This document shows positions 1-12,900 of a stretch of 43,476 nucleotides of DNA, piece after piece. Positions within the stretch are counted from its first letter, which is position 1, and the number at the start of each line of letters is the position of its first letter. Below the pieces are notes generated by a model. It ran no database searches. It saw only the letters and a list, made by a program, of their open reading frames with translations, and was not told where the DNA came from. The position numbers were made by a program, and so were the translations under genes. This stretch comes from Catajapyx aquilonaris (taxonomy: Eukaryota), in the NCBI GenBank assembly GCA_000934665.2, contig KZ538872.1, positions 1 through 43,476 of the forward strand. The letters are read 5' to 3'.

Positions 1-426
1 GTCAGGGAAAGGGTCTGAGTTACAACATATTTAAAAATCGGATTTTTAAATTAGGCGGATTTTTTTAAAAAAAACTTTGAAATTTTGAAAATGGGACGAA
101 ATTTTCAAGAAAGTCACAATACAAATTTTTAATCCTTAGTGAGATTGGGCTCTCGAATCTCTTCAAAGGGAGCGGTCTGCGACGTCTGTAGCTCAATTGG
201 TTCACGAGATATGACCGATTTCTGAAACCCTACCTTCCGAAAAGGACGTTTTTTTCGGTGGGCCTATCTCCGGGGAGGGGGGGTAAATCTCAAAACCGCG
301 CAAATGGTATTTTTGAAAGACGTAATTAAAGCGATTCGCCGATTTTCGTCAAAATCTGACAACCCAAGGGTCAATTTTCCTTAAAAGCTCGGTGAATTGA
401 CATGGAATGACCCATATTATATATAC

Positions 427-660
427 ACCTAGAGGAGGTACTCGGGCTGAAATGTGAGGCAGGCAACAATGCAGGCAACAATATGACCTCCAACAAGATG
501 GCGGACGCCTGACATTATTGAACTAATTGTCGCCCAGTTGTCATTATTGGTTGTTGTCCCAGTTGCTAGACAACTGTTAGAACAACAATATTACCTCCAA
601 CAAGATGGCGGCTGCCTCAGCCTGTCTAATGGAAAAGGATAGGGAGTACCTCCTCTAGGT
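427..660. mobile_element. MITE with 17-bp perfect TIRs
   Basis: ACCTAGAGGAGGTACTC (427-443) and its reverse complement (644-660); internal direct repeat acctccaacaagatggcgg. Confidence 0.75.
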
Positions 661-671
661 ATTATATTATA

Positions 672-688
672 NNNNNNNNNNNNNNNNN
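672..688. other. Assembly gap (a second gap is at 4587-4597)
   Basis: N runs adjoining poly-C tracts. Confidence 0.99.
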
Positions 689-1709
689 CCCCCCCCCCAA
701 CCAGTATCAGTAGAAGATTAATGTAGTGTAGAAAAATGATAGCGTGTGGGGAAACGTCCTATTAAATTTATTGCAAGTAAAAATAACTTAGACCGGACGA
801 CCCCCCCTCCCCCCCGAAAAAGGCTTCGCGACCCACAGGTTGCAAACCACTGCATTAACCACTACGCCTTTGTGGTGCTTTACAAGTAGGCTAATACAGG
901 GTGATCAAACTTTTTTGTCGTTTTAGTTATTGACAAATTCGGCCTTAGCTGCTTATATTGCAGGCGTGCCTAGCAACCAGTTGTTGAAATCAGAAATCGG
1001 AAATAACAACAGTTGATATTAGGGATTAAGCAACACGAAACAAATGAACAATGGCATTCGAATTTGTTCGAATCGATCTTCATTTGTTTCATTGGCTTGG
1101 TTGGTCACAATGTAAAATAATAGGAAATAAACTCCCCTAACTCGAATTTCTATAACTGGAAGTTTTCCATAACTCGAAGTGCAGGCAGGGCCTTACGATG
1201 GGATATCAATGCATTTTCAGTCTCCCTAAGTCGAAGTTCATGTTGCCAAGTAAGGAAAAGTTTCTCATTTCCCAGTCGAAGGGTCGAGAGTAGGCCACAT
1301 GTACAGAAAGGCTCAATTTCCTGGTCTCCGTTACCAGACCTACCGAAAGAAGTGTTTGACTCGATTGTGACAATTGAATCCTTGAATCTAAGAGTAGGCA
1401 AATGTCCATAACGGAGATTTTTTTACAACAAAAGAACGAGGAACATTGTAAGTGTGATAGTGACAGTTATTTTTAAGTTTTGAACACCTTTTGTCGCTGG
1501 ATATAAAGGTAGGCTTCCTTATAGAGCTATGTGCTTAAAAAATTCCAAACTTCCCTAACTCGAATCTTCTACAACTCAAAGTTTGTTTCCGGTCCCATGG
1601 AGATTCAACTTATAGAAGTTTTACTGTATCTACAAGCAGTTGTCCTTTTCTGTTGGTTTACCCCGTATTTGATAAATCCAGGACAAAATGTAACAAACTT
1701 CTCTCTCAC

Positions 1710-2054
1710 CTGGCCTGTCCATGGTGAGATCGTGCTCAATGGTTTCATTTTCTTCAATAATTACACTATCATCACTACTGTAATTGTCAAAATCATCATT
1801 GTCATCCTCAGCATCATCATCATCATCATCGTCGTCGTCGTCATCATCAGCATCAAGATCATCAGCATCAAGATCAGCATCAGGTTCAGCATCAAGATCA
1901 TCAGCATCAAGATCATCAGCATCAGGTTCAGCATCAGGATGAGCCTCAGCATCAGCATCAGCCTCAGCATCAGCATCATCATCATCATCATCATCATCCC
2001 TTAGAGAGTGACCACGAGGCTTGCGTACAAGAACATCTGATAGTGTCTCATGCC
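1710..2054 (-). CDS. YEATS2: YEATS2-like coding exon 7 (end of YEATS domain plus Asp-rich tract)
   Basis: The ctacag|GG acceptor completes LG-HETLSDVLV, which corresponds to the LGAETVVDV end of YEATS2 domains; donor G|GTGAGA. Confidence 0.8.
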
Positions 2055-5000
2055 CTGTAGATAACAAATTATGGTCAGATGATATGCAGGTCCCCATGAG
2101 TAAAATCAATGATACTTAAAACAAAGCAATTCTAAATCAGATATACTCAACAGAAGTGACATACATATACTGTAAGTTGCACCACACATTGCCATTTGGA
2201 AATCCTTGTGAAGAGAGGACCTAACAGGATATTTACGTGGACACATTTATTTATTTACAGTAAAACCTCAATAGGACAACATTTGTCCAAATTTTGGGCA
2301 CTTTATCTAAACAGGTTTTCAATATCCTAACCATGCCATTACACTACCCAACCTCCATGCTGCTTGTTGAAAGATAAGCACCCCTGTATGAGCAGGAAAA
2401 AAAGGCCACTTTTATCTCTCCATCATTAAAATGTAATCTGTGAGGCATGTGCAAAATACTACAGAATTAGGGATGAATCTTCGACGTATCGCGCAAACCT
2501 GCGGGTGTGGAAGGTGTGGTAACTCCCCGTTTGCGCGCCCCTGCCGCAGGTTTGTGCGATACGCCGAAGATTCAGCCCTTGGGGCCCCCAATACAGAAAA
2601 AGTAATTTCTCAAAAAAAAATTATTGCAATTTTCTTGGCACCAAAATGGGTACACCCTCTACTGGGTGATCATATTACTTTCAAGTTTCCATTCAAGTCC
2701 CATTATTATTTTGTTTTACATAATGACTTTTGAAGCAGTTACAGGGAAATCCCCAAGTTTTTCCTTCACATTATAAATTTCCATGTCACTATCCCTGCAC
2801 TGCAAACTCTGCGACTGCCTGCTGCAATATCACAAGTGCCAACGACTCATCTGCATGTAAGAGACACATATTCCTCATCACCAAAGAAAGGATTTCTAGG
2901 TTTCCACCTACTTTTTATTTTGTAGACAGAACACCGGAACCAAAATATCTATCCGTTTCATAACACACGGACGTCAAAAATCGCAGCTTTAAAAAACCTA
3001 AATTACCTATTTAGGACGTTGGGACCTAAATGGCTTATTAGCAGCTTTTAGTAATATTTTCGGCAGTTTTTACGTGTTTTCCGTGCTCCCTCCCACTTCA
3101 ACCTGTGAATAGCGAAGAAGCTGTAGCCTATAGACATGCCAGATGAACTGGCTGTACAAGACCTTTTAACTTTTCAAGAATGATTCAGTTGATTTGTGTG
3201 ACATCGAAAGGGCATTTTCAGCATGTAAAGTTGTCCTGTCACACAGGTATCGCTGACAAATTATAATAATAAAAAAATTAAACTATGGTACAACTGCTAA
3301 TTTGTTACTGTGCTGCAAAATTACATGGCCAAGAGTAGGCTGTCAGTTCATTGCAAGTTGCATGGGACTGAAAATAAATTAGGACCTGCTTCATTTTTAG
3401 TGCCTAGTTAAGAGCCTATTTTAACTGTTTTCAGGAACTAAATGCCTACTTATTAAGGCCGGAATCGTGGTGGCTCACGTAAGTCTGCAGGGGCATAAAT
3501 TGTGACGTAACTCCCATATGGACGACGGACGCCACCGTGGTGAAAAGTTACGGGAGGCGCGCGATTGAAATCATCCTGCAAATCCACGGGACCTCTCTAG
3601 ATTCCGTAGGACTTACGGGAGGGTTGGCCCTGGGCTTTTTCTGGCCCCAGGGAGTTTTGGTGGGCAGGGTTTGCTTCCGGTTGGGGGGGGAGAGTGCCCG
3701 GGGGAGGCCTGGGGCTTGGGGGCTGCCCCGGGGGCCACTTTGGATGTGCGTTCCGTCAGGTCGGATTTCCCATCACCTCCCAAACCAAATGCAATGAAAT
3801 CGTGTGGAGTGAGGACGGGGCAGTTCGTGGCCCCGGGGCTGCCCGGGGGCCACTTTGAATGTGCGTTCTCAGTTATGTAATGTCGGATTTATCATCACGT
3901 CCCCAGCTGAATGCACTGCAATGGTGTGGGCCGCACCCAGGGGCAGCCTGAGGGCTAGTTTGGATGCTCATTTTATAGTCGGGAAGGATTTATTGTACTG
4001 CCGGCCACATGGTTCACATTGCACACCTAAAGACCCCATGAAAAATAATTACTTCCTATCACCCTATGCAACATGATGGATTTTCAAAAGTAGTGGTGCA
4101 ACAATCACAACTGCCCGCTGCTCCTGATTCTCCTAGCGGGATGATTGTCACCCAACCCCCCAACCTGACAGAGAAACCCCCACCCTTGTCCCCACCTACA
4201 CACCCCCACACCCAACCCGCGCGATAAGCCTGTTCTGGGATTGGCTGTTAGAGCCCATTGCATCACGGATACCAGGCTTTGCAAGTGATATCTGGGGGTT
4301 GCGTCCGGCCGATTAAAGAGCCGATACAGGAGGTCACCACGATGGACTTCTCCTTTAGATATATGGCCCCTTTACTGGCAGCCATGTTTACAGGCGTGAC
4401 GTCACTTGCAGGACCATACGTGCGCGAGCCACCACGATTCCGGCCTTAGGGGTTTTTTAGAACCTAGAAATCCGTTCTTTGCTCATTACTGAATTCCTTG
4501 GCACCAAATACACCCCACCATTCACACAGACCCCAATGACTATGTGCTGGTCTATCTCTATCTCTCTCCCTCCTCCTTCCCCCCCCNNNNNNNNNNNCCC
4601 CCCCCCCCCCCCATGAGTTGCACTGGGTAGTGGGGAAACTTCAGAGAGCAAAAAACAATAATTTTTACATCATCAAAAAACAACTTTCATGCAAACAACT
4701 GTTATGTACTTCAATAAAGGGCATATCCTACTAAGTTAATTTATTCTGAATTTTCTATTAATATGTCTTCATGGGACAGCTAACAGCCAAAAAGCATCCT
4801 AAGTCACCCCATTCTGCAGTAATGCCTGACTGACAATGAGTCACATATTTTTCCCCAACTGTAATTTTGATTAAATTAATGTGAATATACACATGATTCC
4901 CCATTGTAATACAGCATGTGAGGCATTGCCACATTGTGCAACTGTAATTGAGTGAGCATTAGTTTCACTAGATATCAGTTTTCGCAAACTATAAGAATTT

Positions 5001-7194
5001 GTCCTCATCTAGAAATAAATAATAAGCATTAAATTTATAATTCTGGGATGTTCCTAGCACCTTCTGACACCATTTTTATGAAGAAAAAAAAAAGTTATGG
5101 TGATAGATGTCCAGATTTTTCACCCCCAGTCCCAGATTTTTTCAAGGGTCACTCAGGACACCCATTTGTCCCTGTTTTGGGCAAATTGTCACTTTTATGG
5201 CAGGGTTAGTAGAGCAGTACGACTGTAAGAGTAAATATGATTACTTGCTAAAGTGGCCACTTTGCCAACGACTTGGATGATGTATCTGGGGAAGACCAGG
5301 GAATACCCAGCATAACATCTCATTATGGTGGCAAAAAATAAGTAGTATTTTCAAGTCTAAATAAAATAAATACAGTCAAATCCCTCTATAACGAAATTGA
5401 AGGGAACCAAATTTTCTTTCGTTATATAAAAAAACTCGTTTAAAGCTCACTTCTTTTTCGATATTTAGGCGTTATATTAAGCCCTGGTAGTGGGAAAAAT
5501 AGTTTAAAAATTCTTCCGCGCTAAATTAGATTATCTCACAAAGCACGGTGCAAACGCGATGCCAACAATAAGCTACAGAAAAAACCAGAGGACTGCACCA
5601 GATGCAGGCCAGGCCCTTCTCCTTTTCCGCTCGTGCCCTCATCCCACCTTTTAGACACATATGATCAGTCCGCGTCTGGGAGTTCCGTTCCAGATGTGAT
5701 TCATTTTGCTGCTCAAATTTCCGATGAATTTTCCCAGGTTTTAACCACCTGCCTCCTTCCCTGGGGGGGCCACGTGCTAGCAATAAATCCAGTGGGCAGC
5801 TCTGAGTCACTGCACGACAGCCCTCCCCCCTCCCAGAGAATCCTTTCCCTCCCATTAGGACACCAAATTATCAACTTTTGGAGGGAATGTGTTAAAAAAG
5901 GTTGAATCCGGAAAACACAGATGGTGATTTATGGCCCAATTTGCCCACTTCCGCCCTTTTTCGGCCACGAGGTGGGACTGGAGGAGCGAAATTTTTTCGT
6001 TATATGCGAACCGAAACCGAAAATCCTTTCGTTACAAGTGGATATTTTTAACATGGGTTTATATGGGGCCTTTGACAGTCACAAATTTTCTTTCGTTTTA
6101 AGCGGATTTTCCTTATATCCCCGATTCGTTATAGAGGGATTCGACTGTAGTACACTTGCAATGCTCTTTTACCATCACCTCCTGTTCGCTCAACATTTTC
6201 GAGGTGTCCTGAATTTGGGGGTTGGCAATCTGGTCACCTTGAAAAAGTGCAACTTTTCAACTTTGTAGCCTAGATTTGCACTAGTTAGAGAACTTATGCT
6301 ACATCACATTACACATTATCATTGGGAAGCACTGGCAAGTTCCATCTCATCTGATTATTCTGCTCAAGGCCGATGTAGCAGAGAGAATTTCTGATGCTGG
6401 ATAAGGCATGTAGTTGTATATTGATGGCCCTGCACTAGAGCTATGCCATGTAATTTTGGTAACCACAGAGTGCACACATTGGAAAATCCCAGGGAGACGG
6501 AGTGGCGCCGCGGTAACGCCCACGGAAGTTAAGGTCCCGGGTTCAATCCCCACCCGGGGTTCCCACCTTCTTTCGTGCAGAGTTGGGCCATCTCTGGCTT
6601 CGTTTCGGGTGGCAATATCCGATAGACTAAGCCACCCGGGGGAGTTCACAAAATGACCAATTAACGACAGCGCACTTGCACTTTGCACATCCCCTCCTAT
6701 ACTTACCTTGGAACAATTAACATATATATATATTATATGGTTCCCAAAAAATAGTGGTATACCACTCCCCTAATAAGGGCCCAAGGTCCGATAATGGGGT
6801 ACAGGCACACATTGGAAAATCCTCCCCACCATTCTCTCCGATTGTGTTGGTGGCAAGAATGGTCAGTAGGAATTAACCAGCAAGTGACATCATAGTGTGC
6901 TCTCTACATTGTAATTCATGTACCGGCTCGTGTACCGGCTCGGAGCCGGTATTTCGCGATCGCAAAATACCGCCTGGGTACTGGCTGATGTCCTGGCTAG
7001 CAACCAGTACATGTCATAAAGATCCGCAGGTGCGCGCGCAGCTGCGTAGGCAAAAAATTCGAATCCCCTCCCCCCCCCAACCACCAGAATCCCTTCCCCC
7101 TTTTCTCACCCCTCCCCCTTCTCTTATTGCTGCCCTCCACCTCCAATGTCCAATGGCTCCAATGTCCAATTGAAGGGGGGGAAAATCACATAAC

Positions 7195-7254
<60 letters not shown>

Positions 7255-9899
7255 TTTTTTACGTTACCCCGTGATAAGGCTGAGCCTTTTTAGGGGGGTG
7301 GAATACCACCATTTGTGCAAGGAGTCAAGGATGTAGGGTAGGGATAGGGATTTTTTGAGGAGGGAACATAGGTGCAAGTGCAATGTCGGTAAAGGGGTCA
7401 TGTGCTGTTCCCCAGGAGGTTAGGTTGCCAGACACCTCCAAAGGTGCAGGTCAGAGACCCTCCTGATGCAGGTGAAAGAACCTGGAGCCTTTCACTCAGT
7501 AATAATAATAATAATAATTGGGTAGTGCCGACCTTTTTTAGGTATCGCACGGACCTTTATTTATTTTTGTGGTATTTATTACATACACTATGATGTCGTC
7601 GTAACACCCTGGCCCACGGGCGTGGGGGAAGGGGATGTTCCCAAGGGAGGGCGCTCTGTAGTTTCCAGTCATTGCAGACCCTCTTTTTAATACCAGACCT
7701 TTTCTCTTGGCCCTGGGCAGAGTAGGGAGTGCAATTCTGCCCCGGCATGTCGGGTGTAAAGCGGAAAAAGACCCGGCCAAGCGGAGGTGACGGTGACGGG
7801 GACGGGATTTGAACCCCGGTCCCCCGCTTGGCTGGCCAGCAGCGTAACCACTAGATCACCATGCCTCCCACATAACTTAATTATAAATAATTAACCCTGT
7901 AATGCCCCTTGGGTCATATCTGGCACACCATTTAGTGCAATTTGGCACACTTACAGAAAATATAAAAATTGCAAAAGTTGCAAAAATTGCACTAAATGGT
8001 GTGCCAGATATGACCCAGTGGGCATTACTTAGATTAGTGGCATTACAGGGTTAACATTCCACACGGAACTTAAATGACGCATTTACACTTTATTTAATCT
8101 ATAAATAAATATACAAAATCACATGTTCAATAACAAAAATATGACGCTGATGTCATAATCCTTGTTCTGACTTGCACCCAAAACCATATCGGCTTTGCAC
8201 TCTTGCAGTCGTAGGTAGCACTCTGGCCCTTCACAATATGCGCTGGCCACATGTTCAGCTGCAATATTCTTGTGATTCCTATCAGTCACCACACATACAC
8301 CGCATTCACTGTCCATTGCTGCAGACTGAGAGACACTGAGGACTGAACTGAACGGAACATGGAATATTCCATATACTGGCTGTGATGCGACCGTTAGAGG
8401 GGAAAACCCAGAGGGAGGGAGGGAGGGAGGGAGGAGAGAGAAAAAAAAATCTTGCATCATTTTCGAAGTCTTTGCCGATGGGCCACTGAGGTTACTCAAG
8501 CAAAAAAACAAAAACAAAAACAAAAAAAAGCGACTCGGAAATGAATGGACGTATTTTTTTTTGTCCCCCCTCACCCTCCTAAATCCTGTCGACACGTGTT
8601 CTCAAGGTTCCTCAATATACCAGCTCGGTACCATCTGGAAGTGTGGACCATCTGTGTACTGGCTACAGCTAGGACACGAGGCTCTGTACCGGTTGCAACC
8701 TACCTATGTACTGGTTAAGGCCACCAGCTAGGCCACCAGCTAGTACATGTGGCCTTAACCAGTACATAGGTAGGCCGCAACCGGTACATAGCCTCGTGTC
8801 CTAGCTGGCCAGTACACAGGTGGTCAACACTTCCAGATGGTATCGAGCTGGTATCGAGCTGGTATCGAGCTGGTATATTCAGGAACCTTGAGAACACGTG
8901 TCGACAGGATTTAGGAGGGGAGGGGGACAAAAAAAAAAGATCCGCCCATTTATTTCCGAGCCGCTTTTTTTTTTGCCTGAGTAACCTCAGTGGCCATCGG
9001 CAAAGACTTCGAAAATGATGCAAGATTTTTTTTTCTCCTCCCTCCCACCCAAGGTGCTCCCACCCTCCCTCTGGGTTTTGCCCTCTAACGGTAAGGGTCT
9101 CATCACAGCCAGTATACGGAATATTGCATGTTCAGTTCAGGTCAGTCCTCAGTGTCGCTCAGTCTGCAGCAATGGACAGTGGATGCAGTGTAAGTATTAG
9201 AGGACTCTTCAACAAAGTATCGATGTTTCGATATATCGATATTGCCCCCCAGCGATATATCGAGTACTCGATAGTTAGCCCAACTATCGATATTATATCG
9301 ATATTTTCATGAAAATTATTATAAAGTACATTACAGTGATTTCAGCTTATCAGAAGACACATTATGCATCAAGGGAAGCTATTTAACTTACCTGCCAACC
9401 CTTCTGTCATGCTTAGCATTGCTTATTTACACAAGATTTGCTTCGAGATGTTTTTAGGAATGATAAATTAAATAAATAAAAAAGAGTTAAGTGATGGTGA
9501 TCAAATAAAATCATAGCAGAAATATAACATTGCATAGGCCTATACATTATTTGCAATTTTCTTGATTGGGGATGAAATGCTACTTATAAAATTGACGGGA
9601 AATTTTTAATTTACACACTGCAGTTTAACTATCTCAATAACATCAACATATTAAAAAGAAATTGATTTTCTGGGAATAAAACAGCCCATACAAATTGCTG
9701 ATGTCTCATTTATTAGTAAATTGTAGGCCTGTCTGTTACTAATTTCCAGTTACAATAGGGCAAGATAAATACTGACAGTGAGTTACCAACATGTAGTCAT
9801 CACATGCCATGATTTGTATTCGCTTCAAATGACACAAAATTTGATTATTTTTAAATCAGTACCAGTATAATTTGAATGTTTAATAAGTGTCACATTCAG

Positions 9900-9955
<56 letters not shown>

Positions 9956-12900
9956 TTTTTTTTTAAAAATAATAATCCTTGGGTAGTGCCTGACCCTATA
10001 TAGGGTATGCGGCACGGACCTTTATTATACTTGAAGTACAATGCAGTACAATGCTGGAACCTTGAGCGAATTGCCCGGGCCCACGGGCAGGATGACAGGA
10101 GGGGATGTGCAAGGTGCAGTGCAATGTCTTAAACGTGGCCATTTTTAGTGAACTCCCCCGGGTGGTTTAGTCTGTTGGAAATACCACCCGAGACGAAGCC
10201 AGAGGTGACCCTGAACTCTGCACGAGATTAAGGAGGTGTCCCCGGGTTGGGATCGAACCCGGGACCTTAACATCCGTGGGCGCATACGTTACCGCAGCAC
10301 CACTCCGCCTCCCCCACATTCAGTATTTCATAATTTAATGGGCATGAAATTATTGACATTATAGAATAACCTGTTTCATAAGTGCATTATGCAAATGTGA
10401 AGTTTTTGTAAGTTTTATGCACTTATTTCTCCACAGTCACAAATAATGAAAGTAAAGTGATGCAATATTGTTAGTTTCACTGGAGAAAGAGATGCTCTTA
10501 GTCACTAGGTGGTAAATCAACATTTCTCTTAGTTCCATTATTTACAATGGTAAAACTAAACTTGCAAAAACTTCACATATACCGGTATGCATAATGCACA
10601 TATGAGACAGGATTAGATTGTAAAAGAAAAAACCCAATTATTTCTAGCTTATTAAATTATATGTAATTATTTAGTAAGTAGTAGTTAGTAGTAGCCTACC
10701 AATTTTTTATTACAATACGTAGCCGAAATATCGAATTTTGAGCCATCGATATCCGATCTATCGACATAGGGAAGTGGCAATATATATCGATAGTTCACAA
10801 GTAAACCATCGATATATCGATAGTCCCATCTCGAGTAAGTATGTGTGGTAACTGATAGGAATCACAAGAATTGCAGCTCAACATGTGGCCAGCGCATATT
10901 GTGAAGGGCCAGAGTGCTACCTGCGACTGCAAGAGTGCAAGGCCAATATGGTTTTGGGTGCAAGTCAGAACAAGGACTATGACATCAGCGTCATATTTTT
11001 GTTGTTTAACATGTGATTTTGTATATTTATTTATAGATAAAATAAAGTGTAAATTGGTCATTTAAGTTCCATATGGAATGTTATTATAATTATGTGATTT
11101 TTTCCCCCTTCAATTGGCGGTGTGGGGAGGGGTGGGGGTGTCTTGACGTCACCGTTGATGACGTATACAGGGTGTTTCAGAGTCACGGGTCAAGCGCGCG
11201 CGAGGGGGTGGGGAAAAATCGTACGTGGCGAATACCTAGGTCGGTTTTATAAAACATTAGAAATACGGCAGTAATCAATTTATTTATTACGGCCGAACGG
11301 CGTGACTTCACATCCTTTCTGTATTCGAAATGACCCCGCGAAGTGGCAAATGCATTCGGTGTAACCTGCATGAATGGGTATTTAGCCTTGCGGGTTGCAC
11401 TGAAAAAGGCGCTCTCATGCTACACTGGCAGGGTACTGTGCAACGTAGTGTACTACTGTACAGTGGTGTGTTCAGTCCCCTGCCGGTGTAGCATGAGACC
11501 CCGTTCATGCAGGTTCCACCGAATGCATTTGCCTTGCATTTGTCACTCCGCGGGGTCATTTCGAATACAGAAAGGATGTGACGTCACACCGTTCGGCCGT
11601 AATAAATAAATTGATTACTGCCGTATTTCTAATTGTTTTATAAAACCGACCGGGGTTGTCGCCACCTACGATTTTTCCCCACCCCCTCGCGCGCACTTGA
11701 CACGTGACTCTGAAACACCCTGTACATTGGAGATGGGGGGCGGAAATAAGAGAAGGGGGATGGGTGGTGGTGGTGAGAACAGGGGGAAGAGGTTCGGGTG
11801 GTTGGGGAGGGGGAATTCGAATTTTTTGCCTACGCACCTGCGCGCGCACATGCGGATGTTTACTACATGTACCGGTTGCTAGCTAGGACATCAGCCAGGA
11901 CATTGCCAGAACATCAGCCAGTACCCAGGCGGTATTTTGCGATCGCGAAATACCGGCTCCGAGCCAGTACATTAGCCGGTACATGAATTACAGTGTACGG
12001 TGGCCAAAAATAGGTGACATAGCTCAAATACAGAACTGTCTCTACACTATGAAAGCATACAGAAAACCCTGACCATCCCTGGCAAATCTCACCACTACAT
12101 TACTCCTGGAACAGAGCCTGTCACTGTTGAGTGTGTGTGAGTGCACAGATTTGCAAATAATAATGTCCTCTGTGGATTGTTGCTCCTGGCACAACCCATA
12201 CTGAAGGTAACAAACTATGGGTTGTCACGTACCTAAGGTGAGACTTCCTGTTTGGTTTCGATCTAGTTTAACGAGATGCTCGATGGCTAGTGGCTTGTTG
12301 ACAGGATCAAGAAAGTGCAGTTCAACTCCAATCACAAATTCACCCCAGCCCCACTGTCGCAATTGGAATGGCGGCCGGCTATAAAGTTCACTGATTAGAA
12401 TATTACTACAACTTGAAACAGACACTTACCTAACTACAATCTCATCTGGGTTGTATGATGGGTGCAGATAAAATTTTACAGCTGACACAAAATCAGAAAT
12501 GTCTGGGTCATCACGTGGACCACGTACATACACCATCCACTCATATGGACATCCGAACTTTTGGAGTGCAGGTAGTAACCAGCGTGACACATTCCCAATA
12601 ACAATCCTGCAAGAAATAAATTTACTATGTACAGTACCTAGTAATTAAAAATCAAACTAACCTCTTAGTTACACGGAGGTAAGGGAACCGAGGCGACCCA
12701 AGCACAGGGACAATGCCAGGATTGGGTGGGATATAACGTGGTATTTTCTCTGGCGTGCCATTATCGTCCTTGAGGCTTGAAGGTTCTGAGCTTGAGTTGC
12801 TTTTATCATCCTCAAAAATAATTTCTGGTGTAGCTTGTTTTAAACCACGAGGTACAAATGTGTCGATAAATGCCACAGCTTCTTGCGACAACCGTATGAC

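Larger units (their letters stand above)
6891..12051. mobile_element. Giant palindromic (foldback) element with nested insertions
   Basis: 6905-7195 is inverted at 11085-11115 and 11723-11997; 8055-8295 at 10843-11080; 8295-8724 at 8749-9189; termini CATAGTGT / ACACTATG. Confidence 0.85.

Noticed and set aside
1..413. Transposon-like end (gggtcattccatgtca on the minus strand) and a similar truncated element at 43167-43476
   Set aside because: Probably DNA-transposon termini cut by the window edges, but no partner TIR is visible, so they were not called as features.
1531..2004. Ile-rich plus ORF and Met/Leu-rich minus ORF
   Set aside because: Alternative frames of the Asp-coding triplet repeat.
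6347..6430. Phase-compatible minus-strand mini-exon ending in a stop (GPSIYNYMPY...)
   Set aside because: It has no YEATS similarity, whereas the exon at 2054 supplies the expected domain end.
6492..6560. tRNA-like sequences here and at the other SINE heads as tRNA genes
   Set aside because: They have A/B boxes but continue into shared bodies, tails and TSDs; these are SINE heads, and no clean cloverleaf is evident.
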